Of a stretch of DNA of 62,454 nt, positions 1 through 8,941 are shown piece by piece; position 1 is the stretch's first letter; each line of letters opens with the position of its first letter. The translations under genes and the position numbers were made by a program. The stretch is from contig JAJPHT010000042.1 in NCBI GenBank assembly GCA_021325135.1, positions 1-62,454 of the forward strand, in the 5' to 3' direction. This DNA comes from Pseudomonadota bacterium. Lineage in GTDB: Archaea > Thermoplasmatota > SW-10-69-26 > JACQPN01 > JAJPHT01. The notes beneath the pieces are model-generated. The model ran no database searches. It was not told where the DNA came from and saw nothing but the letters and a program-made list of their open reading frames with translations.

Positions 1-343
1 ACTCCTTCTTCTCGGAGAGCATGCGCATGATCTCGCCGCGCGGGATGTTCGCGGTGGCGAGCACGCCCATGTGCGTGATGAAGAAGTGGATGTTGTTGTT
101 GATCTCGCTCTTCTTGCCTTCCGCGACGGTGTAGGGGTACACCGCGGCCAGCACGGCGAAGAAGATGGGGATGGCGTAGAGCAGGATGCTGAAGAGCCCG
201 TGGAAGAGCGCCGGCGCCAGGAGGCGCAGGATGAACACGACGCCCAGGCCCGTGCCCACGAGGGGGATGACGAACTGCGCGACGTAGCGCGCGGGGGGCA
301 TGTTCAGCGAGGCGTAGGCCTTCTTGACGTCGATGCCTGCCAC
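1..343 (-). CDS. arlJ: Archaellum assembly membrane platform protein ArlJ (FlaJ), N-terminal part (runs off window)
   Basis: GTG start at 343 with GGAGATGA SD-like motif upstream. Translation MAGIDVKKAYASLNMPPARYVAQFVIPLV...EINNNIHFFITHMGVLATANIPRGEIMRML has 2 TM helices then a T2SSF-like segment. Directly downstream of arlI. Confidence 0.85.
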   Translation of the reverse strand, partial: MAGIDVKKAYASLNMPPARYVAQFVIPLVGTGLGVVFILRLLAPALFHGLFSILLYAIPIFFAVLAAVYPYTVAEGKKSEINNNIHFFITHMGVLATANIPRGEIMRMLSEKKE

Positions 344-372
344 GTCAGATCATCTCCGTCGGCGGCGTCGGC

Positions 373-536
373 GGCCGCGCCGCAGCGCGGCCAAAATGGG
401 GGGTTTCAGGGGGGCTTGCCCCCCTGACGTGAGATCGTCTGATCAGACGGCCGAAGACGTCAGGGGGCTGCGCCCCCTGAAACCCCCGCTTCGGCGCCGC
501 CGTCCGGCGTTGGGGGGCAGGCCCCCCAAACCCCCC
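373..536. repeat. REP/REPIN-like palindromic element, copy 1
   Basis: GGGGGTTTCAGGGGGGCTTGCCCCCCTGACGT - spacer - ACGTCAGGGGGCTGCGCCCCCTGAAACCCCCGC, plus a third partial hairpin at 512-536. Intergenic between arlI and arlJ. Confidence 0.85.
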
Positions 537-2170
537 TACAGCTTGAACGGCAGCGACGCCACTCCCTCCTCGTTGAAGCGGGCGATGATGCGGTTGACCT
601 CGTAGTAGTCGAAGATGCCCAGCTGGATCATGCGGTCCAGGATGCGCGTGCGCAGGTCCAGCTCCTTGTAGATCTCGCGCTTGTCCGCGTAGCCGGCCTT
701 CTCGGCGATCTTCTGCTCCAGGATGTACGAGTTGTTGCGGCCGCGGAAGTTGTGCATGTCCTTGACGGGGTCCCAGTTGAAGACGCGCCGCGTGAGCACG
801 CCGCCCGCCTGGTCGTTGTAGCCTTCGATCTCCTCGATGGCGAGCACGCGACGCAGCATGCGGCCCTTGTTGTAGACCGCCATCTGGATCATGCACACGT
901 TGAGGTTGTCCATGAACGTCGCCGGGACGTTGATGGGGTCGGACGTGAAGCGCTGGATCATCTTCTGCACGGACGAGGCGTGGAACGTCGCGATGCACGG
1001 GTGGCCCGTCTGCATGGCCTGGAAGGCGACGGCGCCCTCGGCGCCACGGATCTCACCGACGATGATGTAGTTGGGGCGCGACCGCAGGGCGGCCTTGAGG
1101 AGGTCGAACATCTCGACGCGCCCTTCGGGCGGGCCGCTGCTGCGCGTGACGAGCTGCTGCCACAAGGGCTGCGGCGGGCGGACCTCGGGCGTGTCCTCCG
1201 CCGTGAACACCTTCTCCTTGGGCTTGATGAACGAGAGGATGCCGTTGAGCGAGGTCGTCTTGCCCGACGCCGTCTCGCCGCACACGAAGACGGACATGCC
1301 GTTCTGGAGGCAGATCCACAGGTACGCGGCGACGCTGGTGGACATCGTGCCCCACTTGCAGATCTGCGTGATGCTCGTGGGCGTGTCCGAGAACTTGCGG
1401 ATGGTGAACGACGCGCCGCGCTGGCTCACGTCGTCGGAGTAGATCAGGTTGATGCGCGAGCCGTCGGGCAGCACGGCGTCGACGATGGGGCGCGACTCGG
1501 AGACGGGGCGGCCCATGCGCTCGCCCATCCCGCGCAGGTAGTCGTCAAGCTCCTTCTCGTCGATGAAGCGCACGTTGGTCTCGATGGTGTCGAAGATCTT
1601 GTGCACGACGAAGATGTTGTACGTGCCGATGCTGGAGACGTCTTCGATGTAGGGATCGCGGATGATGGGCTCGATGGGCCCCGAGTCCACGATGTCGCGC
1701 TCCAGGAAGTAGCGGATCTTGCTGGCCTCCAGGGGGTCCAGCGTGACCTTGTTGTCGAACTGCGAGAGGAGCTTCGCGGGGCTGAAGCCGCCCGCCTGGC
1801 GCTCGCCGCTCACGCGGATGCTCTTCTCGATGAGGCGCTTGAGCGTCGCGCGCAGATCGTCCTGCGTCTTGGGCGTGGGCTCGAAGGGCGCGAGGCGCAG
1901 GATGGAATCCTTCACGCGCTGGTACTTCTCTTTCTCCTGGTTGGTGAGGACGGGCTCGATGTTGGCGTAGCGCCGCGTGGAGGCCTCCTCGTCGTCCCAG
2001 ATGTGGATGAAGATGGGGTCGCCCACGGGGTAGATGACGTTGACCTTCTTCATCGACTTCATGTCGCGCGTCAAGCGCTCGTGGAACTCGGGCGCCTTGT
2101 GGCTCTGGGTGAACTGCGTGAGGTAGGCCGCGAGGTGCGGGTTCTTGCTCAGGGCCTGCTGGGCGTCCAT
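536..2170 (-). CDS. arlI: Archaellum motor ATPase ArlI (FlaI)
   Basis: VirB11/GspE-type ATPase: Walker A GETASGKTT, AEDTPE, ALRSRPNYIIVGEIRG, QTGH..ATFHA. Lies in the arl operon. Confidence 0.95.
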   Translation of the reverse strand: MDAQQALSKNPHLAAYLTQFTQSHKAPEFHERLTRDMKSMKKVNVIYPVGDPIFIHIWDDEEASTRRYANIEPVLTNQEKEKYQRVKDSILRLAPFEPTPKTQDDLRATLKRLIEKSIRVSGERQAGGFSPAKLLSQFDNKVTLDPLEASKIRYFLERDIVDSGPIEPIIRDPYIEDVSSIGTYNIFVVHKIFDTIETNVRFIDEKELDDYLRGMGERMGRPVSESRPIVDAVLPDGSRINLIYSDDVSQRGASFTIRKFSDTPTSITQICKWGTMSTSVAAYLWICLQNGMSVFVCGETASGKTTSLNGILSFIKPKEKVFTAEDTPEVRPPQPLWQQLVTRSSGPPEGRVEMFDLLKAALRSRPNYIIVGEIRGAEGAVAFQAMQTGHPCIATFHASSVQKMIQRFTSDPINVPATFMDNLNVCMIQMAVYNKGRMLRRVLAIEEIEGYNDQAGGVLTRRVFNWDPVKDMHNFRGRNNSYILEQKIAEKAGYADKREIYKELDLRTRILDRMIQLGIFDYYEVNRIIARFNEEGVASLPFKL

Positions 2171-2200
2171 CAGATTCGGCCTCCCATTGCCTCGACGCCC

Positions 2201-2349
2201 GTCGGCCGCGCCGCGGCGCGGCTACCCGCGGGGGTTTCAGGGGGCGCAGCCCCCTGACGTGAAGGAAAAGTCCAGCAGACGGCCGAGACGTCAGGGGGCT
2301 GCGCCCCCTGAAACCCCCGCTTTTGGCCGCGCTGCGGCGCGGCCGGACG
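2201..2349. repeat. REP/REPIN-like palindromic element, copy 2
   Basis: GGGGGTTTCAGGGGGCGCAGCCCCCTGACGT...ACGTCAGGGGGCTGCGCCCCCTGAAACCCCCGC with outer arms CGGCCGCGCCGCGGCGCGGC / GCCGCGCTGCGGCGCGGCCG. Between arlH and arlI. Confidence 0.85.
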
Positions 2350-2378
2350 AATGATCACAGGGGGTTCGACGTTCATTC

Positions 2379-3101
2379 TTAGCTCACGCTCTTGATCTCG
2401 ACGATCAGTCCGGTCTTGGGCTCCACGCGGAAGGGCACGATGTCGGCCACGGGCTTCTCCGCGCGCGAGTAGCGTCGCACGAAGATGCTGCGCGACACGA
2501 CGCCGCCCACGCTGTCCAGCTTGAGGGTGAGGTACACGTCCGCCGCGGCCTTCAGCACGCTGGAGATGTCGTCCGGGATGTCGCCCGGCTGGAGGGTGAG
2601 GACCACGGTGTGGCCGCGCGAGTTGAGGAGCTTGAAGAGGTAGAGCGCGTCCTCGATGCGCTCCGTGATCTCCTGGGGCGAGACCTCGTCGGGCAGTGCG
2701 CGCGTCCAGTCGCGGATGACGCTGGAGAACGCGTCGATGAAGATGACGTCGGACTCGTACATCTTCTTCGCGTTGAGCAGGCGGTCCATGAGGTCCTTCT
2801 TGTCGCCGCGGAAGCCCAGCACGGGGTAGACGGGCAGGAAGAGCAGGTTGCGGTTGAAGACGAACTCCTCGATGGGGTAGTCGAGGCTGTGCATCTGCTC
2901 GATGAAATGCATGGTCGTGAGCTCGGTGCTGACCACCGTGACGCGGGCGCCGTTCTTGAGCAGGCCGTACATGATGCGCTGGCCCACGATGCTCTTGCCG
3001 GTGCCGAACTCGCCCTCCATGATGCACAGGGCGCCTCCGGGGAGGCCGCCGCCCAGGCGGTCGGCGAGTTCGTCGCGGTCGAGGTGGAAGCGGTAGACCA
3101 T
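2379..3101 (-). CDS. arlH: Archaellum ATP-binding protein ArlH (FlaH), RecA/KaiC-like
   Basis: RLGGGLP, Walker A GEFGTGKS, VIFIDAFS, C-terminal FRVEPKTGLIVEI. Position between arlG and arlI. Confidence 0.93.
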   Translation of the reverse strand: MVYRFHLDRDELADRLGGGLPGGALCIMEGEFGTGKSIVGQRIMYGLLKNGARVTVVSTELTTMHFIEQMHSLDYPIEEFVFNRNLLFLPVYPVLGFRGDKKDLMDRLLNAKKMYESDVIFIDAFSSVIRDWTRALPDEVSPQEITERIEDALYLFKLLNSRGHTVVLTLQPGDIPDDISSVLKAAADVYLTLKLDSVGGVVSRSIFVRRYSRAEKPVADIVPFRVEPKTGLIVEIKSVS

Positions 3102-3110
3102 CGTGGCACC

Positions 3111-3545
3111 TCAGACGCGGAACCTCATCTCGTCGGAGACGCCGTTCTCCATCGTGACCTGCACGCGGTGGTCGCCCGCCGCCAGGGCCGCGGCGTACGT
3201 GATCTGCGCGATGGCGCCCTGGCGGAACGCCGTCTCGCCGTTGAGGAGCGTCTTCGTCGTCGTGACGATGGAGCCGTCCAGGAGCACGGTCGCATTGCCG
3301 TAGTCCAGCGTCGTCGAGCCCGTGTTCTTCACGTAGAAGACCGTGCTGGGCGACGCGACGACCTTCGTGGGGTCGTTGATGATCTTGATCTCGCTCGTGA
3401 TCTCGTCGCCGAACGCGTGGCCGCGCACCTGCGCCTTGCCCACCACGTCCGTGATGACGCCGCTGAGAATGCCCGCGGTCGCGGTGGCGACGACGGTGGC
3501 CGCGATGAAGAAGATGAGGTGCGTGCTGGTGGTGTCCGCGCCCAT
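3111..3545 (-). CDS. arlG: Archaellum stator protein ArlG (FlaG)
   Basis: N-terminal STHLIFFIAATVVA helix, IKIINDP and FYVKNTGS motifs. Confidence 0.88.
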   Translation of the reverse strand: MGADTTSTHLIFFIAATVVATATAGILSGVITDVVGKAQVRGHAFGDEITSEIKIINDPTKVVASPSTVFYVKNTGSTTLDYGNATVLLDGSIVTTTKTLLNGETAFRQGAIAQITYAAALAAGDHRVQVTMENGVSDEMRFRV

Positions 3546-4013
3546 CTAGAGCACGCTCCCTTCGGCGGCGGCGCCGTTCTCGGTGACGACGCGCACGGAG
3601 AGCGAGTCGGGCGAGCCCGAGACGGGGAGCGTGATCGCCGCGTCCTCGCCCGGGAGCAGAAGCTCGGTGGGCGCGCTGATGGCGACGACGGGGTCGGTGA
3701 CGACGACGGTGGGCGCCGCGGTCGACACGGCGCCGTCGAGGAGATAGCTCCAGGCAGTCGTGTTCAAGCTCGTGTCCCCTCCGTTGTGCACGTGGATCGT
3801 GACGCTCGTGATCGCGTCGCAGTCCGCGGGGACGCAGTCGATCCCCGTGACCGAGACGTTGGTGTGCGCGAAGCTGGCGACCCGGGCCGCCTCCTCGCGC
3901 CTCGCCTCCTGCAGCTCCCCCTGGGTCTTCCAGTAGGCGCCCATGGCCACGCTCCCGGCGGAGATGAACGCCAGGAGGAAGATGACGTGGGTGGCCGTGA
4001 CGCTGAAGCCCAT
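3546..4013 (-). CDS. arlF: Archaellum stator protein ArlF (FlaF)
   Basis: MGFSVTA.. N-terminal TM, HVHNGGDTSL, YLLDG, LLPGE and RVVTENG motifs. Confidence 0.85.
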   Translation of the reverse strand: MGFSVTATHVIFLLAFISAGSVAMGAYWKTQGELQEARREEAARVASFAHTNVSVTGIDCVPADCDAITSVTIHVHNGGDTSLNTTAWSYLLDGAVSTAAPTVVVTDPVVAISAPTELLLPGEDAAITLPVSGSPDSLSVRVVTENGAAAEGSVL

Positions 4014-4037
4014 GGGTCCTCCCCTCTCTCCTCCGCC

Positions 4038-4988
4038 CTACGCGTTCCTCCTGGCCGCGAGCGTGCGCAGCTTCTCCACGAAGAGAAGCGACTGTTCGTG
4101 CGTCTCCAGCGGCGTGCGCCAGTCGCCTCCCAGCGAGGAGGGGGGCGGCGCGGCGATGCCGTCGGCATACGCGAGGAGCTGGTCCCGCGCGGGGTCGCCG
4201 ATCCAGCCGAGGTTGTGGTAGTAGTTGACCAGCGAGACGAGGCCCTCGCGGCTGGAGCTGTGCTTGATGAGCATGTCCGCCCAGCTGAGCATGAGGAGCG
4301 ACGCTTCGAACGTCGGGGGCGCGCTCCAGAGCGCGACGCCCTCGGGGTTCTCGGGCACGGGCTCGGGCGCCGCCTCGGTCCACGCCATGGCCGGGGGCGG
4401 CGCGTAGGCGGGCGCCGCGGGCTCGACGGGGATGGGCGTCGCGGGCATCGAAGGCGCCTCCAGCATCACGGGAAGCTCCGGCAGCGGCGCCGCGACGGGC
4501 GCGGGCATGGGCGCCGGGAGCGGCGGGGGCGCCGCCGCGGGCATCGCCATGGCGGGCGGCGCGGGGGGAGGCGCGAGGCCGACCTCGGGCGTGGGCAGGG
4601 CCTCGCGCTCCGTGGGGGCGTCGCCCACGAACGGGTTGTATTGGGCGCTGATCATCTCGGTGAGCGAGGAGAGCTTGCGCATGCGCTCCTCCATCTGCTC
4701 CAGCTTCGCCTCCAGCGCGCCCTTCTCCGTCGTCTGGCTCTCGACGGTGCTGGCGAGCTTCGCGATCTTCTCGCTCATGTCCTTGACGTTCGCGTCGAGG
4801 ATCGCCGTCAGCTCGGGCACGGGCGGAGCGGCGGGAGCCGCGGGCGCGGGGGCCGGAGCGGCGGCGGGCGCAGGGGCCGGAGCGGCGGCCGTGGCGGGCG
4901 TCGCCATGGCGGCCGCTGGGCCTGCCGGCGCCGCGGGCGCGGCCGGCGGTGCGGCCTTGGGGTCGTTGCCGCGGTTGAAGAGCTTCAT
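4038..4988 (-). CDS. ArlC/D/E-type fused archaellum switch-complex protein with Pro/Ala-rich linkers
   Basis: Probable ATG at 4988. Coiled coil ending LSSLTEMISAQYNPFV (ArlC-like) and C-terminal W.DML..YYHNLGWIG...HEQSLLFVEKL (ArlD/E-like). Confidence 0.75.
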   Translation of the reverse strand: MKLFNRGNDPKAAPPAAPAAPAGPAAAMATPATAAAPAPAPAAAPAPAPAAPAAPPVPELTAILDANVKDMSEKIAKLASTVESQTTEKGALEAKLEQMEERMRKLSSLTEMISAQYNPFVGDAPTEREALPTPEVGLAPPPAPPAMAMPAAAPPPLPAPMPAPVAAPLPELPVMLEAPSMPATPIPVEPAAPAYAPPPAMAWTEAAPEPVPENPEGVALWSAPPTFEASLLMLSWADMLIKHSSSREGLVSLVNYYHNLGWIGDPARDQLLAYADGIAAPPPSSLGGDWRTPLETHEQSLLFVEKLRTLAARRNA

Positions 4989-5064
4989 GCCATCCAGTCT
5001 CCTGATTGAGGGGGAAGCGGCGGAGCGGCGCTCCGCCGGGTGTGGGGGTTCACGGGCCGCTGCG

Positions 5065-5634
5065 TCAGCGGAGCGTGATGGTCGTGTCGGTGCCGTAGGT
5101 GGCTGGCGTCTTGAAGTCCGCATTCACCGGGCTTCCGGTCTCCGGGATGAGGACCACTTGGACGCTCGTCCGGGGCGCCAGCGTGCTGCCCAGGTTCATG
5201 GAGAGCTGCACGAGGTCGCCGCTGGCCATGACGCCGCTGTTGTTGGTCCCGCGGATCCACGACGTGGAGAACCCGGGGCTGCCATACGAGTAGGTGTAGA
5301 CGTTCGATCCGTCCGAGTAGCGGATGATGAGCTTCGTCAGGTCCATGGGCAAGGCGCCGGCCGACAGTTCCACCTGCGTGTTGATGGTGTAGATGTCTGC
5401 GGAGGTCGAGTTGCGCACGCCGTAGACGCCAGTCACCTTCAGGTTGGACGCGACCTCCTGGGTCGCCTCCTTCCCGGTGGACTGGGCGCGCTGCTGGAGG
5501 GTGCCGGTGGTGTTGATCAGCACCGCGGCAGCCACGGCCGCGACGAGGACCATCGCGATGAACACGATGAGCGTGCCCACGCCGACCTCGGCATGGTCGT
5601 TCGACGCGCGGCGGTAGGTTCGGTTCGCTTTCAT
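5065..5634 (-). CDS. arlB: Archaellin ArlB (copy 2)
   Basis: Class III signal followed by EVGVGTLIVFIAMVLVAAVAAAVLINT, LQQRAQSTGKE. ATG at 5634 with GGTGA SD. Confidence 0.95.
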   Translation of the reverse strand: MKANRTYRRASNDHAEVGVGTLIVFIAMVLVAAVAAAVLINTTGTLQQRAQSTGKEATQEVASNLKVTGVYGVRNSTSADIYTINTQVELSAGALPMDLTKLIIRYSDGSNVYTYSYGSPGFSTSWIRGTNNSGVMASGDLVQLSMNLGSTLAPRTSVQVVLIPETGSPVNADFKTPATYGTDTTITLR

Positions 5635-5819
5635 CGGTGGGGTCACCGGATCGCGGGGTCTCTGGCCAGGGATATTTGAACCCGCGTGAAAGGGAGGAAC
5701 GGCCAGCCTCGGGTGTCCTTCCCGTGGAATTCTCGGCCTGGGAAGGCCCAAAAAGCCCCTGGGGGGCCGGATGAAGCTTGGTGTTTTCCGAAATCCGCCT
5801 TGACGAATGGGAAAGCGGG

Positions 5820-5857
5820 GGGTCGTTCCGCGTTGCGCGAGCAACGAGGAACGACCC
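5820..5857 (-). terminator. Stem-loop downstream of first archaellin (terminator or mRNA-stabilising hairpin)
   Basis: GGGTCGTTCC-GCGTTGC-GCGA-GCAACG-A-GGAACGACCC inverted repeat 15 nt after the stop codon. Confidence 0.5.
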
Positions 5858-5872
5858 TCCGGCGCGGCGCGC

Positions 5873-6436
5873 TTAGCGCAGCGTGATGGTCGTGTCCGTG
5901 CCGTAGGTGGGCGGCGTCTTGAAGTCCGCGTTGACCGGGGTGCCGGTCTCGGGGATCAGGACGACCTGGACGCTCGTCCGGGGCGCCAGGAGGGTGCCCA
6001 GGTTGAAGGACAGCTGCACGAGGTCGCCGCTGGCCATGACGCCGCTGTTGTTCGTGCCGCGGACCCAGGACGTCGAGAAGCCGGGGCTGCCGTACGAGTA
6101 GGTGTAGACGTTCGCTCCATCCGAGTAGCGGATGATCAGCTTGGTCAGGTCCATGGGGAGCGCGCCGGCCGACAGCTCCACCTGCGTGTTGACGGTGTAG
6201 ATGTCGTGGCTGGTGTCGTTGCGCACGCCGTAGACGCCGGTCACCTTGAGGTTGGACGCGACTTCCTGGGTCGCCTCCTTGCCGGTGGACTGGGCGCGCT
6301 GCTGCAGCGTGCCGGTGGTGTTGATCAGCACCGCCGCGGCCACCGCGGCGACAAGGACCATCGCGATGAACACGATGAGCGTACCGACGCCGACCTCGGC
6401 GCGGTCAGTCGTGATGAACTTCTGGTTGGCCTTCAT
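5873..6436 (-). CDS. arlB: Archaellin ArlB (copy 1)
   Basis: MKANQKFITTDRA|EVGVGTLIVFIAMVLVAA. Mature part nearly identical to 5065..5634. Confidence 0.95.
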   Translation of the reverse strand: MKANQKFITTDRAEVGVGTLIVFIAMVLVAAVAAAVLINTTGTLQQRAQSTGKEATQEVASNLKVTGVYGVRNDTSHDIYTVNTQVELSAGALPMDLTKLIIRYSDGANVYTYSYGSPGFSTSWVRGTNNSGVMASGDLVQLSFNLGTLLAPRTSVQVVLIPETGTPVNADFKTPPTYGTDTTITLR

Positions 6437-6532
6437 GGTGGGGTCACCACTCGTGCCTTGGGCGTTGGTCGTACAAGCCGAGCACGGATTCGGGACCGGG
6501 GACCAAGGCCGAAGGCCCGGTGCCTTGACCTG

Positions 6533-6946
6533 TCAGAGGTACGAGAACTGGAAGGCTCCGCGATAGCGATCCGCCAGGACGCGCGCCCGCGCGTGCGCGA
6601 GCCAGAGGCGCCCCTCGCGCATCTCCACGTCGGCGGGCACCTCCCCCAGCGCGCGCAGCAGCCGCGCGGCGACCTCGTCCGTCGCGTAGGCGTCGTCGGG
6701 CATCTCCTTGTCCACGTAGAACGTGACGGGCAGGCGGAGGCGGCGCCGGTCCAGGGGCCCCAGCGCGTCGTGGATGCGCGCCAGCGCCCCCTTGTCGAAG
6801 GCGTGGCGCTCCCCCTTGCGCGTCGTCGCAGCGGGCTCCTCCTCCGCCATCAGCTCGTGGAGAGGCCGCGGGCTCGTGACGAACCCCTCCTGGAAGCGGA
6901 GCATCTCGATGGCGAACCACCGCTCCATCGCCCCGTCGCCGACCAC
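6533..6946 (-). CDS. DUF61/UPF0216 family protein
   Basis: GTG start with GGAGG SD. RPLHELMAEEEP..TTRKGERHAFDK..L...RLRLPV pattern typical of archaeal DUF61. Confidence 0.7.
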   Translation of the reverse strand: MVGDGAMERWFAIEMLRFQEGFVTSPRPLHELMAEEEPAATTRKGERHAFDKGALARIHDALGPLDRRRLRLPVTFYVDKEMPDDAYATDEVAARLLRALGEVPADVEMREGRLWLAHARARVLADRYRGAFQFSYL

Positions 6947-7108
6947 GCCTCCCCATCGCGGGGGCCTGGTCATCAACCTTCGCGGGGCTCCTTTTTTCTG
7001 CGGAGACGCAGACAGAAAGAGACCTCCGCGGCTCCGCAGCAAAAAGGCCGGAGAGCAGCGGCCAGGCGACGCGGCACGCTCAAGAAGGGAAGCATCCTCA
7101 GGTGGAGC

Positions 7109-7450
7109 GTGGCTTTGACCTGCCCCACCGACAAGGTGCTCCTCAAGCCCGTGCCGGGCAGGGGGTTCGCGTGCCCCAAGTGCGGGTGGACGCAGCAGGC
7201 GAAGGCGGGCGAGATCGTGGCGCACGGCGCGGAGAAGCGCCGCATCGACAAGTTCGACGACATCGGGCTCATCGAGGACCCCAAGAAGTTCAAGATGCAG
7301 ATCTGGCCCATCGACGACCAGGTGCGCTGCGGCCGGTGCGGCACGTTCGGCGCGTACTATTACATGCGGCAGACGCGCCGCGCGGACGAGCCCACGACCG
7401 CGTTCTACGAGTGCGTGAAGTGCGGCAACAAGTGGAAGCACGCCCGCTAG
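7109..7450 (+). CDS. tfs: Transcription factor S (TFS / RpoM-like)
   Basis: Two Zn ribbons (CPTD..CPKC; CGRC..CVKC) and intact QTRRADEP acidic hairpin. GTG at 7109. Confidence 0.9.
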   Translation: MALTCPTDKVLLKPVPGRGFACPKCGWTQQAKAGEIVAHGAEKRRIDKFDDIGLIEDPKKFKMQIWPIDDQVRCGRCGTFGAYYYMRQTRRADEPTTAFYECVKCGNKWKHAR

Positions 7451-8838
7451 CGCGTGTAGGCCGTGACGTCGCCCCACTGGCCCACCTTGCGCCACGACGC
7501 GAGGAAGCCCGTGGGCAGGCCGTTCTCCTTGGCGTGGCGGTCCACGAGCACGACCGCGTCCGGGTGCTTCGCCAGCGCTGCGTCCCGCGCGTGTGCGTCG
7601 GTGAAGAACGAGGGGTTGAACACGACGTCGCGGCCGGTCGTCGCGCGGTCGCCCGCCGCGGACTGCCAGCTGGTGGTCACGGTCCAGCGCGCGCCCTTCG
7701 CGTCGAGGTCCTTCCACGCCTGGACGTCGTTGGGCTCCACGATGCGGTACCACGGCTGGACGGCGAGGCCGGCGGGAAGCACGAGGCCCAGCGCCAGCGC
7801 GCACGCCAGGGCGCCCGTCGGCGCGCGCAGGCGAGGCGGCGCCAACTCCATGAGCCGCTCCACGGCGTGCGCGCCCAGGAGCGCGACGCCCACCGAGAGG
7901 TACGCGACGGTGCGGTGGGGGATGAACCAGACGCCGAACCAGTCGACCAGCACGATGGGCAGCAGGAGCGCCGTCCACGTCAGCGCAAGGAGCCCCAGCG
8001 GGCGCGGCGCGGCGAGCACGCAGAGTGCGCCCGCCGCCGCGAAGACGAGGGCGCCCCAGGTCAGCATTGCGGGGAGGTCCACGTACTGCGGCAGCGGGAA
8101 GAGCGTCGAGGGGTGGAGGACGAGGGAGACGAGCCGCGGCCCCGCGTGGCGCAGCAGCGCGGAGGTGGGGTTCCACGTGCCGGGCAGGAACGTGAGGGCC
8201 GCCACGAGGGCCGCGCAGCCCGTCGCCGTCGCGGCCGCCAAAGGAAGGGCCCGGCGGCGGTGGCGGCGCGCGAGGACGCCCAGCGTGAACGTGCCCAAGG
8301 TGAGGACCAGGAGCGCCACGACCCACGGGTGGCTCACCAGGAGCAGCGCGCCCAGCCCGGCCGCCACGGCGAGGGCCGCGCGCGAGCCCTCCACGGCGCG
8401 CAGCGTGGCGAGGAAGAGGAAGGGCAGGAGCGCGAGGTCCAGCGCCGTGGGGAAGAGGAGGTCGGTGCGGAAGACGTTCTCCGGCATGAGCGCGACCAGG
8501 AGGCCCCCGGCCAGGGCGGGCCATGCGCCCAGGTGGCGCCTCGCCAGGAGCCAGACGCCGCCCGCCTCCGCGACGCCCAGGAGCGGCGGCCCCCAGCGGG
8601 CGAGGGCGTAGAAGGCCCGCGCGCCCAGGAAGGTGAAGGGGGCCAGGAGGGCGGGGAAGCCGGGAGGGTAGTGCGCCGGGAGGCCTCGCCCCTGGGCCAG
8701 GTCCCACGCCTGGACCATGTGCAGGAAGGGGTCCTCGGCCCCCAGGATGGGCGAGGAGAGGGGCTCCCGCAGCCGCGCAACCAGGGCCACCCCCAGGACG
8801 AAGAGGAGGCCCAGGAGCGGGGCAAGGGGGCGGCGCAC
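7447..8838 (-). CDS. Multi-pass membrane protein, GT-C-fold glycosyltransferase-like
   Basis: TM1 then AEDPFLH and HYPPGF loop motifs, ~11 hydrophobic helices, C-terminal soluble domain. Start uncertain (GTG 8838). Confidence 0.6.
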   Translation of the reverse strand: MRRPLAPLLGLLFVLGVALVARLREPLSSPILGAEDPFLHMVQAWDLAQGRGLPAHYPPGFPALLAPFTFLGARAFYALARWGPPLLGVAEAGGVWLLARRHLGAWPALAGGLLVALMPENVFRTDLLFPTALDLALLPFLFLATLRAVEGSRAALAVAAGLGALLLVSHPWVVALLVLTLGTFTLGVLARRHRRRALPLAAATATGCAALVAALTFLPGTWNPTSALLRHAGPRLVSLVLHPSTLFPLPQYVDLPAMLTWGALVFAAAGALCVLAAPRPLGLLALTWTALLLPIVLVDWFGVWFIPHRTVAYLSVGVALLGAHAVERLMELAPPRLRAPTGALACALALGLVLPAGLAVQPWYRIVEPNDVQAWKDLDAKGARWTVTTSWQSAAGDRATTGRDVVFNPSFFTDAHARDAALAKHPDAVVLVDRHAKENGLPTGFLASWRKVGQWGDVTAYTR

Positions 8839-8941
8839 GCGGGCGACGCGCTTCGGCCGGGTTTGGCCGTTCTGGCGCGGTTGTCGACGGGGTGACAGGT
8901 GTTTTTCGCAATCCTGGGGTCTGAGAAAAGATTCATCCCTT

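Noticed and set aside
373-2349. Palindromic repeats as a CRISPR array or IS ends
   Set aside because: Units are inverted pairs, dispersed, with related rather than unique spacers. No cas or transposase gene lies between or near them.
5590-6400. Unusual Ala|Glu archaellin cleavage site
   Set aside because: Ala at -1 and Glu at +1 occur in Thermoplasmata-type archaellins, so this is not novel.
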